DNA of 64,000 nt from Octopus vulgaris (Eukaryota). The translations under genes were made by a program, and so were the position numbers. The DNA lies in the NCBI GenBank assembly GCA_951406725.2, contig OX597820.1, forward strand, positions 125,116,001 to 125,180,000, written 5' to 3'. The notes beneath the pieces are model-generated. The model saw only the letters and a list, made by a program, of their open reading frames with translations. It was not told the DNA's origin and ran no database searches. This document shows, in pieces, positions 40,230-53,477 of this stretch. How positions within the stretch are numbered: the stretch's first letter is position 1; each line of letters opens with the position of its first letter.

Positions 40230-40745
40230 GAATACACGGATGTTATTTCTGATTTTCTCTGGGCGTATCAGCCGAGTACACAAGCAGAGATGTAGTGGTA
40301 TTTTAAAATTTGGTTGTCAATGGTAGACACAAGGGAAGAAAACCAGTGATCCGAAAAGTTTGAAACTGCAGTATTGAGTCGTCCTTCAATCCTCTGACCA
40401 TCTCCATAGAAGTAGGACAGAATTTTCATATATTCAGCGCCCTCAAACATCTCTGCCTGTAAACAATGAGTGAAGATCTGCATAGCGCCGATAACTTACC
40501 GGCTGCTATTTCCAGCAATCATCGTACATCGCGTACATTCGCTTTGTTTATATATTCTTCCTGGATAATAATATTGCATTTAATAATTTTTAAAATTCTT
40601 GTATATACTTATGCATGTATGTATCTATGTATGTATGTATGTATGTATGTATGTATGTATGTATGTATATATATATATACATATACAAATGTATATATAT
40701 GTGTATATATATATATATATATATACATATACAAATGTATATATA

Positions 40746-40777
<32 letters not shown>

Positions 40778-40786
40778 CATATACAA

Positions 40787-40838
<52 letters not shown>

Positions 40839-40839
40839 C

Positions 40840-41070
40840 GGGAGGCTTTATGAAAATAAACAAAAGACGAAGGCAGGTGGAAAACAAACGAACAATTGTA
40901 TTAGTATGGCGCTCAGGAAATATAAATAAAACAAGTCTTTAACGTTTCGAGCCTACGCTCTTCAACAGAAAGATACACAGAGAGAGAAAAACACAGAAAG
41001 AAGGAGAGAAAAAAAATGCGTGCAGTAGCTAACGAATCAACATGGCGATCTGATTTCGGCCAGAGGTCAA
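40840..41070 (-). mobile_element. PLE pLTR-like repeat
   Basis: Reverse complement of the 14090-14270 family; contains a hammerhead variant. Confidence 0.65.
40936..40973 (-). ncRNA. Minimal hammerhead variant (CUGUUGA core)
   Basis: Reads TCTTT-CTGTTGA-A-GAGCgtagGCTC-GAA-ACGT-T-AAAGA: 5-bp stem I, 4-bp stem II, palindromic stem III. Confidence 0.6.
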
Positions 41071-41089
41071 ATGTATATATATATATATA

Positions 41090-41137
<48 letters not shown>

Positions 41138-41140
<3 letters not shown>

Positions 41141-41377
41141 TTATATTCTTTTACTTGTTTAAGTCATTTGACTGAGGAGCAGCGCTTTTATAGTCGAGCA
41201 AATCGACCTCATAGATTATTTCTTGTGAGCCTAGTACTTATTCTATAGGTCCCTTATGCCGAATCGCTAAGCTACGGGAATGTAAACACACCAGCATCTG
41301 TTGTCAAGCAATGTTGGGGGGGACAAACACAAACACACACACACACACACGTATATACATATGGAAGAAACCCGCCG

Positions 41378-41453
<76 letters not shown>

Positions 41454-41633
41454 TATATATACTTATACATATACGACGGGCTTCTTTCAGTTTCCTTCTA
41501 CCAAATCCACTCACAAGGCTTTGGAAGCCCGAGGTTATGGTAGAAGACTCTTTCCAAGGTGCCACGAAGTGGGACTGAACCCGCGACCATGTTGTTGGTA
41601 AGCAAGCTACTTACCATACAGCCACTCCTGCGC
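41138..41633 (-). mobile_element. SINE family A, full length
   Basis: Head gcgcaggagtggctgtatggtaagtagcttgcttacc; homologous to 31673-32130. Confidence 0.88.
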
Positions 41634-41792
41634 CAATATATATATAAAGATAATTTTGATAGAGTGATACTATTGAGAATCCAATAATTTAATATTATAT
41701 TGCATGATATACTATGAATATAATATAACATAATATTATTATATAACATAAACATTTATTAAAGAAAACTATATGTATATGTGTGTGTGTGA

Positions 41793-41835
<43 letters not shown>

Positions 41836-41879
41836 AATACTTACATACATATATATGTGTGTGTGGATGTGGGTGTGTG

Positions 41880-42571
41880 TGCAATGTGCGGTGAATAAAC
41901 TCTCGACTAAATTACGCGAAAATGAAAATAACACTGACTTCTCATTTTAAAAGATATATTTAGCAAAACTACATAAAAATATCTTGAAATAGTAAATTTA
42001 TCCAATAAAATCGCCATTGGCTTCAACCACTGCTTCCAGACGACTTCGGAATTTGCTGCAACTCTTCTGGACGGTCTCCTTATATGAGTTAGTGAATACT
42101 GACATAAGGCTTGCCTTCACTTTTCTTTGGTGTTACTAGGAATTTGGTTGGTCTCTCGCTCATCAGCGCCTCTACACAAAATAATATAGGGGGTTGCAGA
42201 CTGGAGTTCGGTGGCCAGATGTTAGGGGTGATGTGGTCGCAGAAATTGTTTAACAACCATGAGTGAGCTCTCCTACTTTTGTGCATGGTGCAGAGTCCTG
42301 TTGCGAGGCATAGGGTCTTCCAGGAACCACCTATTGACACCCAAACACTCTGAAATATCAATATTGGAGCTTCCGCAAATGCCAATCAGTACAGCATATC
42401 GATTCAAAATTTCTGGCTGAGTGAATTGCGACATGGTGCTGTTTTTTCTCACAGACGGTGCTCAAATGATCCTTCCACATTGTGTAGTAGACAAAACAAA
42501 AGGCAAGCAATGCGCATGCGCGAAATTAAGAATGTACAATGTCGACGACATATCAATCGCACCCTGAATAT
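41880..42571 (-). mobile_element. Internally deleted maT-like transposon (second subfamily)
   Basis: Peptides QQDSAPCT and HSWLLNNFCDHITPNIWPPNSS. Terminus cagggtgcg. Confidence 0.75.
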
Positions 42572-42712
42572 ACGGGAAGCGTCTTTCAGTTTCCGCCTGC
42601 CAAATCCACTCACAAGTATTTGGCCTTCCACGGCTCGCGTACAAGACTCCCAAGATAATACGCAGTAGCGTTGAGGTTGGGAAACAAACGCTTGCCATAC
42701 TGTGACGTCTGC
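42572..42712 (-). mobile_element. SINE family A, 5' fragment, diverged
   Basis: Contains tctttcagtttccgcctgccaaatccactcacaag. Confidence 0.7.
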
Positions 42713-43277
42713 ACCCGCTCCATTTATTAAGTTCCAGCCTACTTTTCGAGGAAGTATGTGGATGCATGTACCAAACTATGCTGTAACTGTATATGAGTTT
42801 AAAAGAGTTTTAAAAAAAGTCTGGTAAGAAGCAGTTTACTGGTTACGAGAGAACTAGACATTGTGACTGATATATGTTCATTTACGAATGAATTGAATCG
42901 CAGTGGGCTAAATAAAAAAGAGATGAAATATTTGATGATATGCCTCTGCGCCGGTTCTATTGTAAATACAATCAATTATACATAGTTGCTTCGGTACATT
43001 TAATTGTAATTAGCTACCGTCTTGTAATACAAAATATAACTGCAGGCATTCAATGCACTTCATAATTGGAGAACGTTTATCAAAAGAGGGATTTACCGGG
43101 CTAGTGAAGTTTCTAATTTTAGTTATACTAACAAAGAATTATATACATAGAAAGAAGATGTGGAAGTATTCAATGTAGATGGATAAGTAAAATACAATTG
43201 ATGACATAAATTTCGGCATTTCGAGTATATAATTATCTGCTCTAATTTTCCTTTTTCTTTCATTTACTCTCCGCTTT

Positions 43278-43316
<39 letters not shown>

Positions 43317-43674
43317 GCCAAACTACAGTTAAGATTTTTAGTGCTACTCTATCAATGGCTCACGAAATGGTACAGGATATATAATTACATTAGAATAGCA
43401 AAATAACAAGTCGTTATTCTTCGTTCCATTTAAGTAATTAAATAAACTATACATAGATGTTTGTTTATAATGAACAGAATTAAGTACTCAATACATTGTT
43501 TTCAATAGTACGGGATTTATAATTACATTAGAATAACAAGTTTTCATTCCATTTAACTAATTCAATAAACAATCTTTACCTCGATGTTCGTTTGGTTATA
43601 ATGAAAGGAATAAAGTGTAATATAAAAATGTGCATGATACTTGCCGGGATTTTCAGTTTCCTGTTCATACGATA

Positions 43675-44106
43675 CTTTAGTTTTACAGTCATTGGACTGT
43701 GCCATCCTAGGGCACCGCGTTCAAAAGTTTACTGGGATAAATCAACCTCTAAAGTAATTTTTCATCCTGGTAAATATTCTACCGATCGTTTTTTGCCGAA
43801 CCCCTAAGTTACCGAAATCAAAAACATCAACGACGATTCTCAAGCGGTTCTGGGAACAAGCATGAAGAGACAAAAAAAGACACGCACACACGTATGCACA
43901 CAAACAAACACACACACACACATACACACACACAAGTACATACACGAGGGGGTTCGTTTCAGATTTCGTCTACCAAATGCAGTCGTGAGGCTTTCGTGGG
44001 CCCGTAACTAGAGCAGAACGTATTCGCTAAAGGTGCAACAAAAAGGGATTCAATCCGGAAACACGTGGTTAGAAGGCAAACGTCTTACCTTACAACCACG
44101 CCTGTG
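43675..44106 (-). mobile_element. SINE family A, diverged full-length copy
   Basis: Contains ttttgccgaacccctaagttac...ttcgtctaccaaatgcagtcgtgaggctttcg...cttaccttacaaccacgcctgt. Confidence 0.75.
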
Positions 44107-44169
44107 GCAATATATATCTATTATATAATATATTACCTACCTACCTACCTACATATATGTATATAAATA

Positions 44170-44410
44170 TATATATAATAAAGGGTAAAATTAATTAATT
44201 AATTAATAAATAATTCTACCAAATATTTTCGGCATGTTAAAAGAACCATTATCGGTAAACTTAAACAACACTTTTTTTATAAGTATGAGTATATTTATAA
44301 TGAAGGTTCAGCCAAAAATGTTGCTTCACCACATACATATATATGTTATCTGAGAGATTCTCTTACGGTAGAGAAATAGCTAGGTGTTTGGCTGTTATTT
44401 CTAAATTTTC
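44170..44410 (-). repeat. Diverged relative of the 9208-9410 repeat unit
   Basis: taataaagggtaaaattaattaatt...ttttcggcatgttaaaag...gcttcaccacatac parallels the 200-bp unit. Confidence 0.55.
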
Positions 44411-44563
44411 GCTATATGGTGAAGAAATTCTGTTAGCTGAAACCTAATTATAATTACACTCATAATTCTAAAAAAAAGTTATATATATATATATGTATGT
44501 ATAATATATATCGTTTGGGGAGTCGGTTTGCAAGATTCTCTATGTGAATTCATGTGTTGAAGC

Positions 44564-44780
44564 ATATTCTGTTGTGTCTGGGGAGAGAGTGATTCTCTTT
44601 TAGTACTTTATAATTTAACACGAACACCGTGTTTTTGCATCAGCAACTATTGAAATGGTTGCAAGACGCAAAGAAAATTTTAGTAAAATAAAGAAAGAAA
44701 TGAGTGTAAAATTTACCGGTGAATGTGTTAAATTATAAGGCACAAAAAGAGAATGGCCTGCCCCAGACACAACAGTATAT
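44564..44780. repeat. Inverted repeat, ~60-bp arms, ~80% identity, ~87-bp spacer
   Basis: 44569-44629 (ctgttgtgtctgggg...ttataatttaacac..caccg) pairs with 44717-44775. Confidence 0.85.
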
Positions 44781-45360
44781 AAATGTGTGTTTGTGTGTGT
44801 GTGTGTTCGTGTTTGTGAGTGTTCGTGTTTGTGTGTGTGTGTGTTCGTGTGTGTGTGTGTGTGCATGTCTGTATATGATATAATGAAAAGTGATCCTCTG
44901 ATTTTATATCATTTAATTACGCGTTTATTAATAAAACAATTCTCATATATCATTTATATTTGACAAACATACAAATCACACTTATCAGTATATTTATCGC
45001 ACTGAAAGCTCGCGTGATATATAGTGGCAATACAACAGCATTTTCATCGCTTTCATATTTTAATATTTCAAATTTCTGTTCTGAATTTTATGTAACAGAG
45101 TTTCACATACTGATCTAGCGTGTTGTAACAAATAAAACAGTTTTCTACTCATAATATTTAGTCTAAGTTTCATGTAGAAATACTTCATTTTTCAGGAAAA
45201 TACATTTTTACTTCACGCTTAATGTAGATTGCATTTATGTTACTTTAATATACATCTGAAACGCGTGATCAATGTTGCAGGAGTTAATTACATTATGATT
45301 TTTCTAAATCAATAATAATATATTTGTATCTAAAATTTGGTATTTCTCCTTTGAAGACAG

Positions 45361-45546
45361 GCCTACAAAAGAGGGATGTATGGACCAAAGTACCAGTGGA
45401 TAATCCTTGGTGGTTATCCGGTGGATTGGTGGACAGAGACTGAAGAGAATTGTACTCAAGAGCAAATCAATGAGACAATCCATGGTTACATTTCAACAGA
45501 TATCCTCCCACTCAGTAGCAGCAATTTAGTTACGGATTCTGGTTGG
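45361..45546 (+). CDS. GABBR2: GABA-B receptor subunit 2-like, internal coding exon B (186 bp, phase 0-0)
   Basis: Acceptor tatttctcctttgaagacag and donor gtaggt. Translates AYKRGMYGPKYQWIILGGYPVDWWTETEENCTQEQINETIHGYISTDILPLSSSNLVTDSGW, which continues exon A in frame (recalled R2 motif AY..MYG.KYQWII). Confidence 0.95.
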
Positions 45547-45805
45547 GTAGGTATTCTTGAACTACACAGTTTTACATATGTATGTGCTTATGTGTCTGTA
45601 TAAGGGTGTGTCTGTCTTTATGTGTAAATGTGAAATATTATTCAGCCTCTCTTTTTGATTTTTCCTTCCTTAATCTCTGTTTCTTTCTCTCTCCCTTTAC
45701 TTTTTCTCACTCCCTCCTTCTTTTGCTACTCACACATGCATACATGCATACATACATACAGACATAGATGCATACATTCATACATACATAGGAACACAAT
45801 TAACC

Positions 45806-45859
<54 letters not shown>

Positions 45860-46005
45860 GGAACAAGGATAAGACATTACTGCATGATGTCATCATAAAC
45901 ATCTAGGAAACTTCATCAGAGTATCTTTATACATACATACGTTCATACGTACACACATACATACATACATAATACATACATGCATCCATGCACACACACA
46001 CATAT

Positions 46006-46900
46006 ATATATAAGGTGCGAAAGAAAGTGGTCTCTCAAAATGTATACGCATTGTAAAAGATAATAACTCAATAGTCGTTTGGTTTGGAATTTAAATCAAA
46101 TAATTACGGGAGGCGGACACATCTTTGAAAAAGGAAATCTGAAAATTGGAAACGCAACCGAAGTGCAAAGAGTGTTTAGGAAGTAGTTTCAAGCAGATCC
46201 AAATACCCGACTTAACTTCAATTGAATACGATAACTTTGAAGTAGATGGAAGTGTGCAGAAAATTTCGGGTACCGACCAGACCCATAAATCATCTGCCAA
46301 ATTTCAAGAATATCTCCGCCATAAGTAAATCGTGAGATGGAATTTCAAAGTCAAGCGTTCATCACAAATTGAAATGCCATCTTTCGAAAAGTTGCATTCA
46401 AAGAATTGTCTATTCTCTGAATGAACATGTTCCAAACAGAAATATGGAGTGATGAAGCTATAACTAAATTAATTGTCTCTACTATCCTTCATAATTACAC
46501 CTACTATGAGGGACCTGAAGATACGTATATTGCAGAAGAGCAACAAGTTACAATGTGATACATATTATCATCAACACGATTAATTGGACCATTATTTTTG
46601 GCGTTACAGAAATCGTTCATATTAATTTAAATTTGATGTATAAAACTGTTAAGCCAAGCATCCAAGGGGCTTTAATTTTTTTTGAATTTTATCTCCAGCA
46701 AACATGTGGCACTCCTACACTTCCGCAGCAACGTCGACAAAAGGCTGGATACGACACAACGATTTAGTAGAATACATTCCACCTTCACCAGACCTTACAC
46801 CTCTGGACGTTTTCATGGCAATACTTTAAAGATACATTTTATGGTATAAAAACGTTCACACACAAGAATTTGGGGACAGACATTAACTGAGAAATTAATA
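46006..46900 (+). mobile_element. Decayed Tc1/mariner-superfamily transposon (Tc3/maT-like)
   Basis: Peptides IGNATEVQRVFRK, IWSDEA, LIGPLF and PPSPDLTPLDVF. Confidence 0.7.
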
Positions 46901-47017
46901 CATCTCATTTTAAATGTATTTGTTGCTGCTCGGTTACCTTTCAACTTTCCCCATATCCATTACGAATATTTGTTGCTATACAAAAACAGCACCACCACTG
47001 AAATGGTATCACATGTG

Positions 47018-47057
47018 AGGAACTTCTATGCACGATATCGACCTGATAAAATTAACA
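47018..47057 (+). repeat. 40-bp motif, copy 1 (copy 2 at 49732-49771)
   Basis: AGGAACTTCTATG-N9-GACCTGATAAAATTAACA is identical outside the 9-bp core; weaker similarity extends upstream. Confidence 0.7.
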
Positions 47058-47417
47058 GCGAGATACCAGCAGTGGAAGATGCGAACATTCATTGGTTTGA
47101 AAACCGGTGATCGCAAATGAGAATTTTACTCTACATCCTATTAATTTTCAAAATGAAATGTGTTCTGATAAACACTAGTTTTATAATAACTCAATTTACA
47201 TATAAATATTCTGTGAGCTCTGTCTCCTCCCTCTTCCCCTATTTTTTTGCATGTACATACTTACATACAATCATATATATATATATATATATATATAAGG
47301 AAATAGAGAAATACAGTCGACATATTAAAAGTTTATTTATATTATAATATAATTACACTATAAAATATATAATCTAACAAATTATTAAAGCATGTATATA
47401 TATATATATTTATATAT

Positions 47418-47494
47418 CCTACAATGCATTTCGACTCATATCCCAAGTGGATTTATAAAAAGCCACATTTATGCATATGGGTCTCCTCAGGGTA
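47418..47494 (-). ncRNA. Hammerhead motif with a long stem II and an imperfect stem I
   Basis: Reads CTGAGGA-GACCCATA...TATGAGTC-GAA-ATGCAT-T-GTAGG. Confidence 0.55.
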
Positions 47495-48798
47495 ATATTT
47501 GCCTAAATAGTAGACAAGATTTGATGGAAGGACTCATATATCATTGAATTGACTAATCTAAAGTATAGCTATGTTTACAAGCGCGATCGTTAATAATTTT
47601 AAAATGAATTAATAAACACAAGAATTACAACAGTCATAAAATATTCTTATGCATCCTTAATGATATTAATTTAAATATATTTTAATCTGAAATAATCACA
47701 ATAAAATCTATATAATATGTTAAGGAATTACGCTGGAGTATAAAATATATTTCATTTAAAATTTCTGTATATTACTATGAAGAAATAACCAAGGATATGT
47801 TTTATTCAGATAGTAAATTCATTAAAAAACTTTTAATCATTGATTCATTAATTCAAGAGTTTCTACTAAATACGCCGGTGTTATACAAATGTACAAAGTT
47901 ACGATTATCATAAACTATACTATTTCTTACATAAAAATGTTAATATTATATAAATAGATAAAGTATAAACATTTTACTTAAGAAGGAAAGAAATTAGAGT
48001 AAGCCAATGATCTTAATATTCTATAATTTCTATGCGCATAGCAGTTCGAAAGGACATAATATGGTAATATATATTAACTATTATAGAGTCTAGAAGAAAT
48101 ATTCATATATGCACAATTATACGAAAATATATAAAATTGTATTTAAGAATTATTCTAATCTATTTATGCGTACTAATATAAATATTTTTCTAAGTAAATA
48201 ACAAGTAAAAACACAAATTTACTTTATGAGAGGAAAATACCACTGTAAATCAATATTTATGTACTTATACTTTCATTGCTTACGGAAAAAAAAACTGGAA
48301 ATACGTACTTACACTAGAACTGTTTTTAATCACGATAGGGCATTTTATGATATTATTTATATACTCTTATTATTAAATTTGATTAGATGCATATATGTAG
48401 TATGTGTATGTATGTGTGTGTATACATATGTGTATCTACATTTTAGATTGATATATGAGGAGACTCATATGCATAAATTTGAATTTTTATAGATTCACTA
48501 GTGTATATCAGTCGAAATAATCGTAGGATATATATTTCACTTATTTATTACATATATTATATTATATCGTATTATATTATATCTTTTATAGTATAATTAT
48601 ATTATAAAAAAGTTCGAATAAATTTCTCTATTTCCTTTAATATTTATATATTGAAATTATACCATCCTACGTTCGAGTTTTTTTCTTTTTCTTTTGTGGA
48701 ATCTAACTGAAGAATCGGAAAATTGTATGTTTTACATCTCTTTGAAGGAAATGATTTTATGTTCTTGGATTATACACACACGTATATCTATATTTATA

Positions 48799-48906
<108 letters not shown>

Positions 48907-48943
48907 TTATATGTATATATATATATGTGTGTGTGTGTGTGTA

Positions 48944-48996
<53 letters not shown>

Positions 48997-49731
48997 TTAT
49001 ATATGTATATGTGAATTGCTAGATAATATTGCAGTGTATATGCGTTTCTATCACTGGAAACAGTGATCTGAATGAATAATAGTATTTGTAGCCCATCGTT
49101 TATAAGTTGCCTGAATATTGAATATATCTCCTTTGTTAAGAAATAAACGTATTTTATTTTAGGTTTTAAAATTTGGTGTAGCTAATTTTTATGGTTCATT
49201 CCCCCCTCATTTGTTTATCATTAAGAGCTAGCTAAATGTGTGAAATGTTTAACATTCTGAAATGTGGCCCATCTCTCAGTCCTGCATTTCAAAGTTGCTT
49301 TGCAAATTGTCATATATTCATGTTATCAGAATTACATAAAATTATCGGTGAAGGTCTAATATGATTCTAGCATTGATATCACCTGCTTAATGTCCATAAA
49401 TCATGATAGTTTTAGCGTGAAATCGAGATAGGCTAACGATGGAATTGTGAATGGGATATAACTCACATATAATTACAGCAGTGACGTGATATAATAACGA
49501 AGTAAACTACGTGTTCACTAGACGATGTGCATTAATGACCAACAAAATCTCCATTAAATCAAAACTTACTCTTAAAAACAAGAATATCACATTGCATAAT
49601 GTAAATTTAATACAAGTGACTTTAAGATGTAGTTTTCAGTGATCACATAACTTTTAAATTTCATCAGATCTATTAGGGAATATTTGCGTCTACACAATAA
49701 GGGCGTCAACAACTAAATGACGTCGCAAGTA

Positions 49732-49771
49732 AGGAACTTCTATGTTGAATTTTGACCTGATAAAATTAACA
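49732..49771 (+). repeat. 40-bp motif, copy 2
   Basis: See 47018-47057. Confidence 0.7.
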
Positions 49772-50012
49772 ATCGTATCTCGCTAGAATGCTACAATAAA
49801 ATTGTGCAAATAAGCTTACATTGGACAGTGGTTACTAGTAGAAGTTTTCCGGCTAGATAGTGCTTGAATGATTTTGATTATGACGGGCGTACACGATTTT
49901 AAAAGAAAACCCAGTGACAAAAGAACAGTGAAGTAATAATCCACATTTGTTATGCTGACACTATAGTTTGTGTTATGCACTGTAAATGTTTGTGTTAGCA
50001 CATAAAATAGTT

Positions 50013-50054
<42 letters not shown>

Positions 50055-50061
50055 TGTGTGT

Positions 50062-50101
<40 letters not shown>

Positions 50102-50242
50102 TTATATATAAATTTGGTTTTATTCAAAGTTAATTGAATTTAAAATTTCTCCTTTTGTATATTGAAAAATTAATATAAAAATATTGCTTGAGTTTTACGC
50201 TTAATAAAAATATTAACAATCTTTATTAACACATCTCTGCAG

Positions 50243-50449
50243 ACGCCAGCAACGTACCTGGACAAATACAACAAAAAACGAGGAAACGAATATAGCAAAT
50301 TCCATGGTTACGCATTTGACGGAATCTGGGTGATTGCAAAGGCATTTGATCGTCTGGCGAGAAAGCGGAAACGGCGACATACACCTTTAGTCTTTACTCG
50401 TGAGGAAGTTACTGCAGCTCTAAATGCAACAAATTTTCTTGGTGTGACG
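50243..50449 (+). CDS. GABBR2: GABA-B receptor subunit 2-like, internal coding exon C (207 bp, phase 0-0)
   Basis: Acceptor acatctctgcag and donor gtatgt. Translates TPATYLDKYNKKRGNEYSKFHGYAFDGIWVIAKAFDRLARKRKRRHTPLVFTREEVTAALNATNFLGVT. Matches the R2 motifs SKFHGYAYDGIWVIAK and N.TNF.GVT. Confidence 0.95.
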
Positions 50450-50729
50450 GTATGTATCATTTTATGTTTAGCGAAGTAGTAAAGAGAGGTATTTTGTATA
50501 TTTGACCATCGTCACCAGCACACGAGCACACACGTATGTACAAACATAAAGACGCAAACATAGACGCAGTTAAGAGCAACTGGTGATCACACACATCTAT
50601 ACATAATGAGAAATATGTAGCAGTAATAGGTCGCGAGATAGGCATGAATGAGCGTCAGTACCTATGTATATATATATATATGTATGTGTGCGTGTTTGTG
50701 TATGTGTGTACGTGTGTCTGTGTATAAAA

Positions 50730-51289
<560 letters not shown>

Positions 51290-51357
51290 ATGTATAATCA
51301 TATATATATATGGTTGATTTTTATACATAGTTGTAACTCAGGATATATATAACCACA

Positions 51358-51445
51358 GATGTGGCTGTGCAATAGGAGGCTTGCTTACCAGTGTTGCCTT
51401 GCCCGACCCTTGTCAGCGGTTTTGGCATACGGAAACTGTGTATGT
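51358..51445 (+). mobile_element. SINE family A, deleted fragment in sense orientation
   Basis: Contains gtggctgtg...gcttgcttacca...gcccgacc...tacggaaactg. Confidence 0.55.
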
Positions 51446-53023
51446 ATATATTATATATACATTCTTACATATATAGTTTGTTCATATATAGACACATAGC
51501 ACTTACGATTTGATTAGTTGCGTAAGTAAACTTGTATGCTTCAATAAAATCTTGTCAAAATTCGCACATTTTTACTCAAAGTATTGGCTGAGCCTTAAGA
51601 CAATGTAAAGTGGCTTAAGTCTGAGGGATGAAAATACATAACTTCCGTGTACTGTAGATTAAGAGAAATGCATTAAATCAATTAAATTATAAAATAATTA
51701 TACTTTCTCTTCTGTTAATCTATCTTCTTGTTTCTCTGTTTCTTGTTTTTTTTAATCATTGACTATATTTGTTCTTGAATACTATAATTGTTCTTGATAT
51801 TCAAACATGGAGGAATATCAACATGGTATCCCATAAAACATAAGAGAGAAGTTATGCAAAATAAAAAAAAAGTAGTAATTGAGAATAGAAGGGAAACTGT
51901 TTCTGTAATCCAATGCTAAAAAAATCAGCGTCTAGAAAATTAACAAGTTTCCGTTTGAACAATTATTATAGTTGTAAACAGATGGTACATCACAACATTC
52001 ATTGCCTTTATTGATTAGACTGCAAATATGTTTGATGGATTATATTTGTGCTCGCAAAAGTTCACTACTGTTGATATGTCATATGTGACTTAATTTGTAT
52101 ATGTACTGATTTAATATGTATATCATTAATTGCGTGATTTGTATGGAAACAGCAGGGTGTGTTTTGAGTTATTTGATATCGTTTTTGTAGTCATGGCGAG
52201 CAAAATATAAGTTTCTGCGTTGGTTCATTGGCAATCATTCAACAATAAGCAGTATGGTGATAACTTTATTATATTTCTCCCCATGCCTCTGTGACTAACA
52301 CTGAATATCATAAACAATGGCAATGACACAAATAACAAAAAAGCAATAAAAACATGTATCAGTGTAGTACATGCATAGGTATTTATTTTAAAAGTCGAAT
52401 GCAATTCTAATAAACTTACCGTTGTAAGCTCACCGCGTTTTCGATGAAGATACCCAGTAACAGACGTATTATCATACACAGAACTATGCTAAATATTCTA
52501 TATATAAGTACTTGTTTCAGAACTAAGCAATAAAAAATATAAGTGTTAATAGGAACATCAGATGAGTAATATTACAGGTTAAAATTCTTCCTATTTGTCT
52601 GAGAGTCTATCTGTCTACTTAGTAAGGTAGCTACCTAAATACCTATCAGAATTGTTTCTTAGATTATCTGTCTATATAGAGCGAAAGAAAAGGACGCAGA
52701 TGTTTCTCACTTCGCTTTTAATCGTCTAATATCGCACTATTGACCTGTCCACTAATCTTGCATTTGTGCATACATAAGCTCTATGAATATATATATATAA
52801 ATACAAACATACATATATACATACAAATATATACGTATATCTATATATGCATACACACAAACATATGCATATATATATTTATTTATATATATATATATAT
52901 AAACATATATATATACACATACATAAATATATATACAAATATATATATATATATACATGTATATATGTATACATATATAGACACGTATATATATGTATAC
53001 ATATATATGCATATATATATGCA

Positions 53024-53058
<35 letters not shown>

Positions 53059-53196
53059 GCATAAACATATATATCTATGTATGTCTACATTCATATATAT
53101 GCGCACATATGTGTGCGCGTGTGTGTGCATGTGTATTTACTTGGAAATGGATGCGTAGCGTTCAATTAAATAATGACATAAATAATATATACATGC

Positions 53197-53237
<41 letters not shown>

Positions 53238-53477
53238 TGTGTATATATGAATAGTGGACGTCACCAACAGTAAACAACAGAATATTCGAAAGCAAATGAG
53301 TTCAGTATGCAGACAACGAAAGAAACCAATGAAAAACAGGACAAATAACAAAAAGGAACGACCCTTCATCCGTTGTCGGCTGTCTATCTACTTCTCATTT
53401 AGAATATTGGACAACAATCAGATTCTACGAAGAGGATGCCTACCATAACGGTAACAACAAGAACAACAACGACAATA

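Larger units (their letters stand above)
10237..45360 (+). other. GT-AG intron of the GABA-B R2-like gene (35,124 bp)
   Basis: Exons A and B join in frame (VFCN|AYKRG) with no missing residues relative to recalled homologues. Confidence 0.88.

Noticed and set aside
45351-45360. Alternative acceptor AG at 45355-45356 and tandem donor at 45551
   Set aside because: Each shifts the frame by 4 nt, and there is no evidence of use without RNA data.
47018-47030. FRT-like recombination site (AGGAACTTC)
   Set aside because: A 9-bp match only, with no inverted arm.
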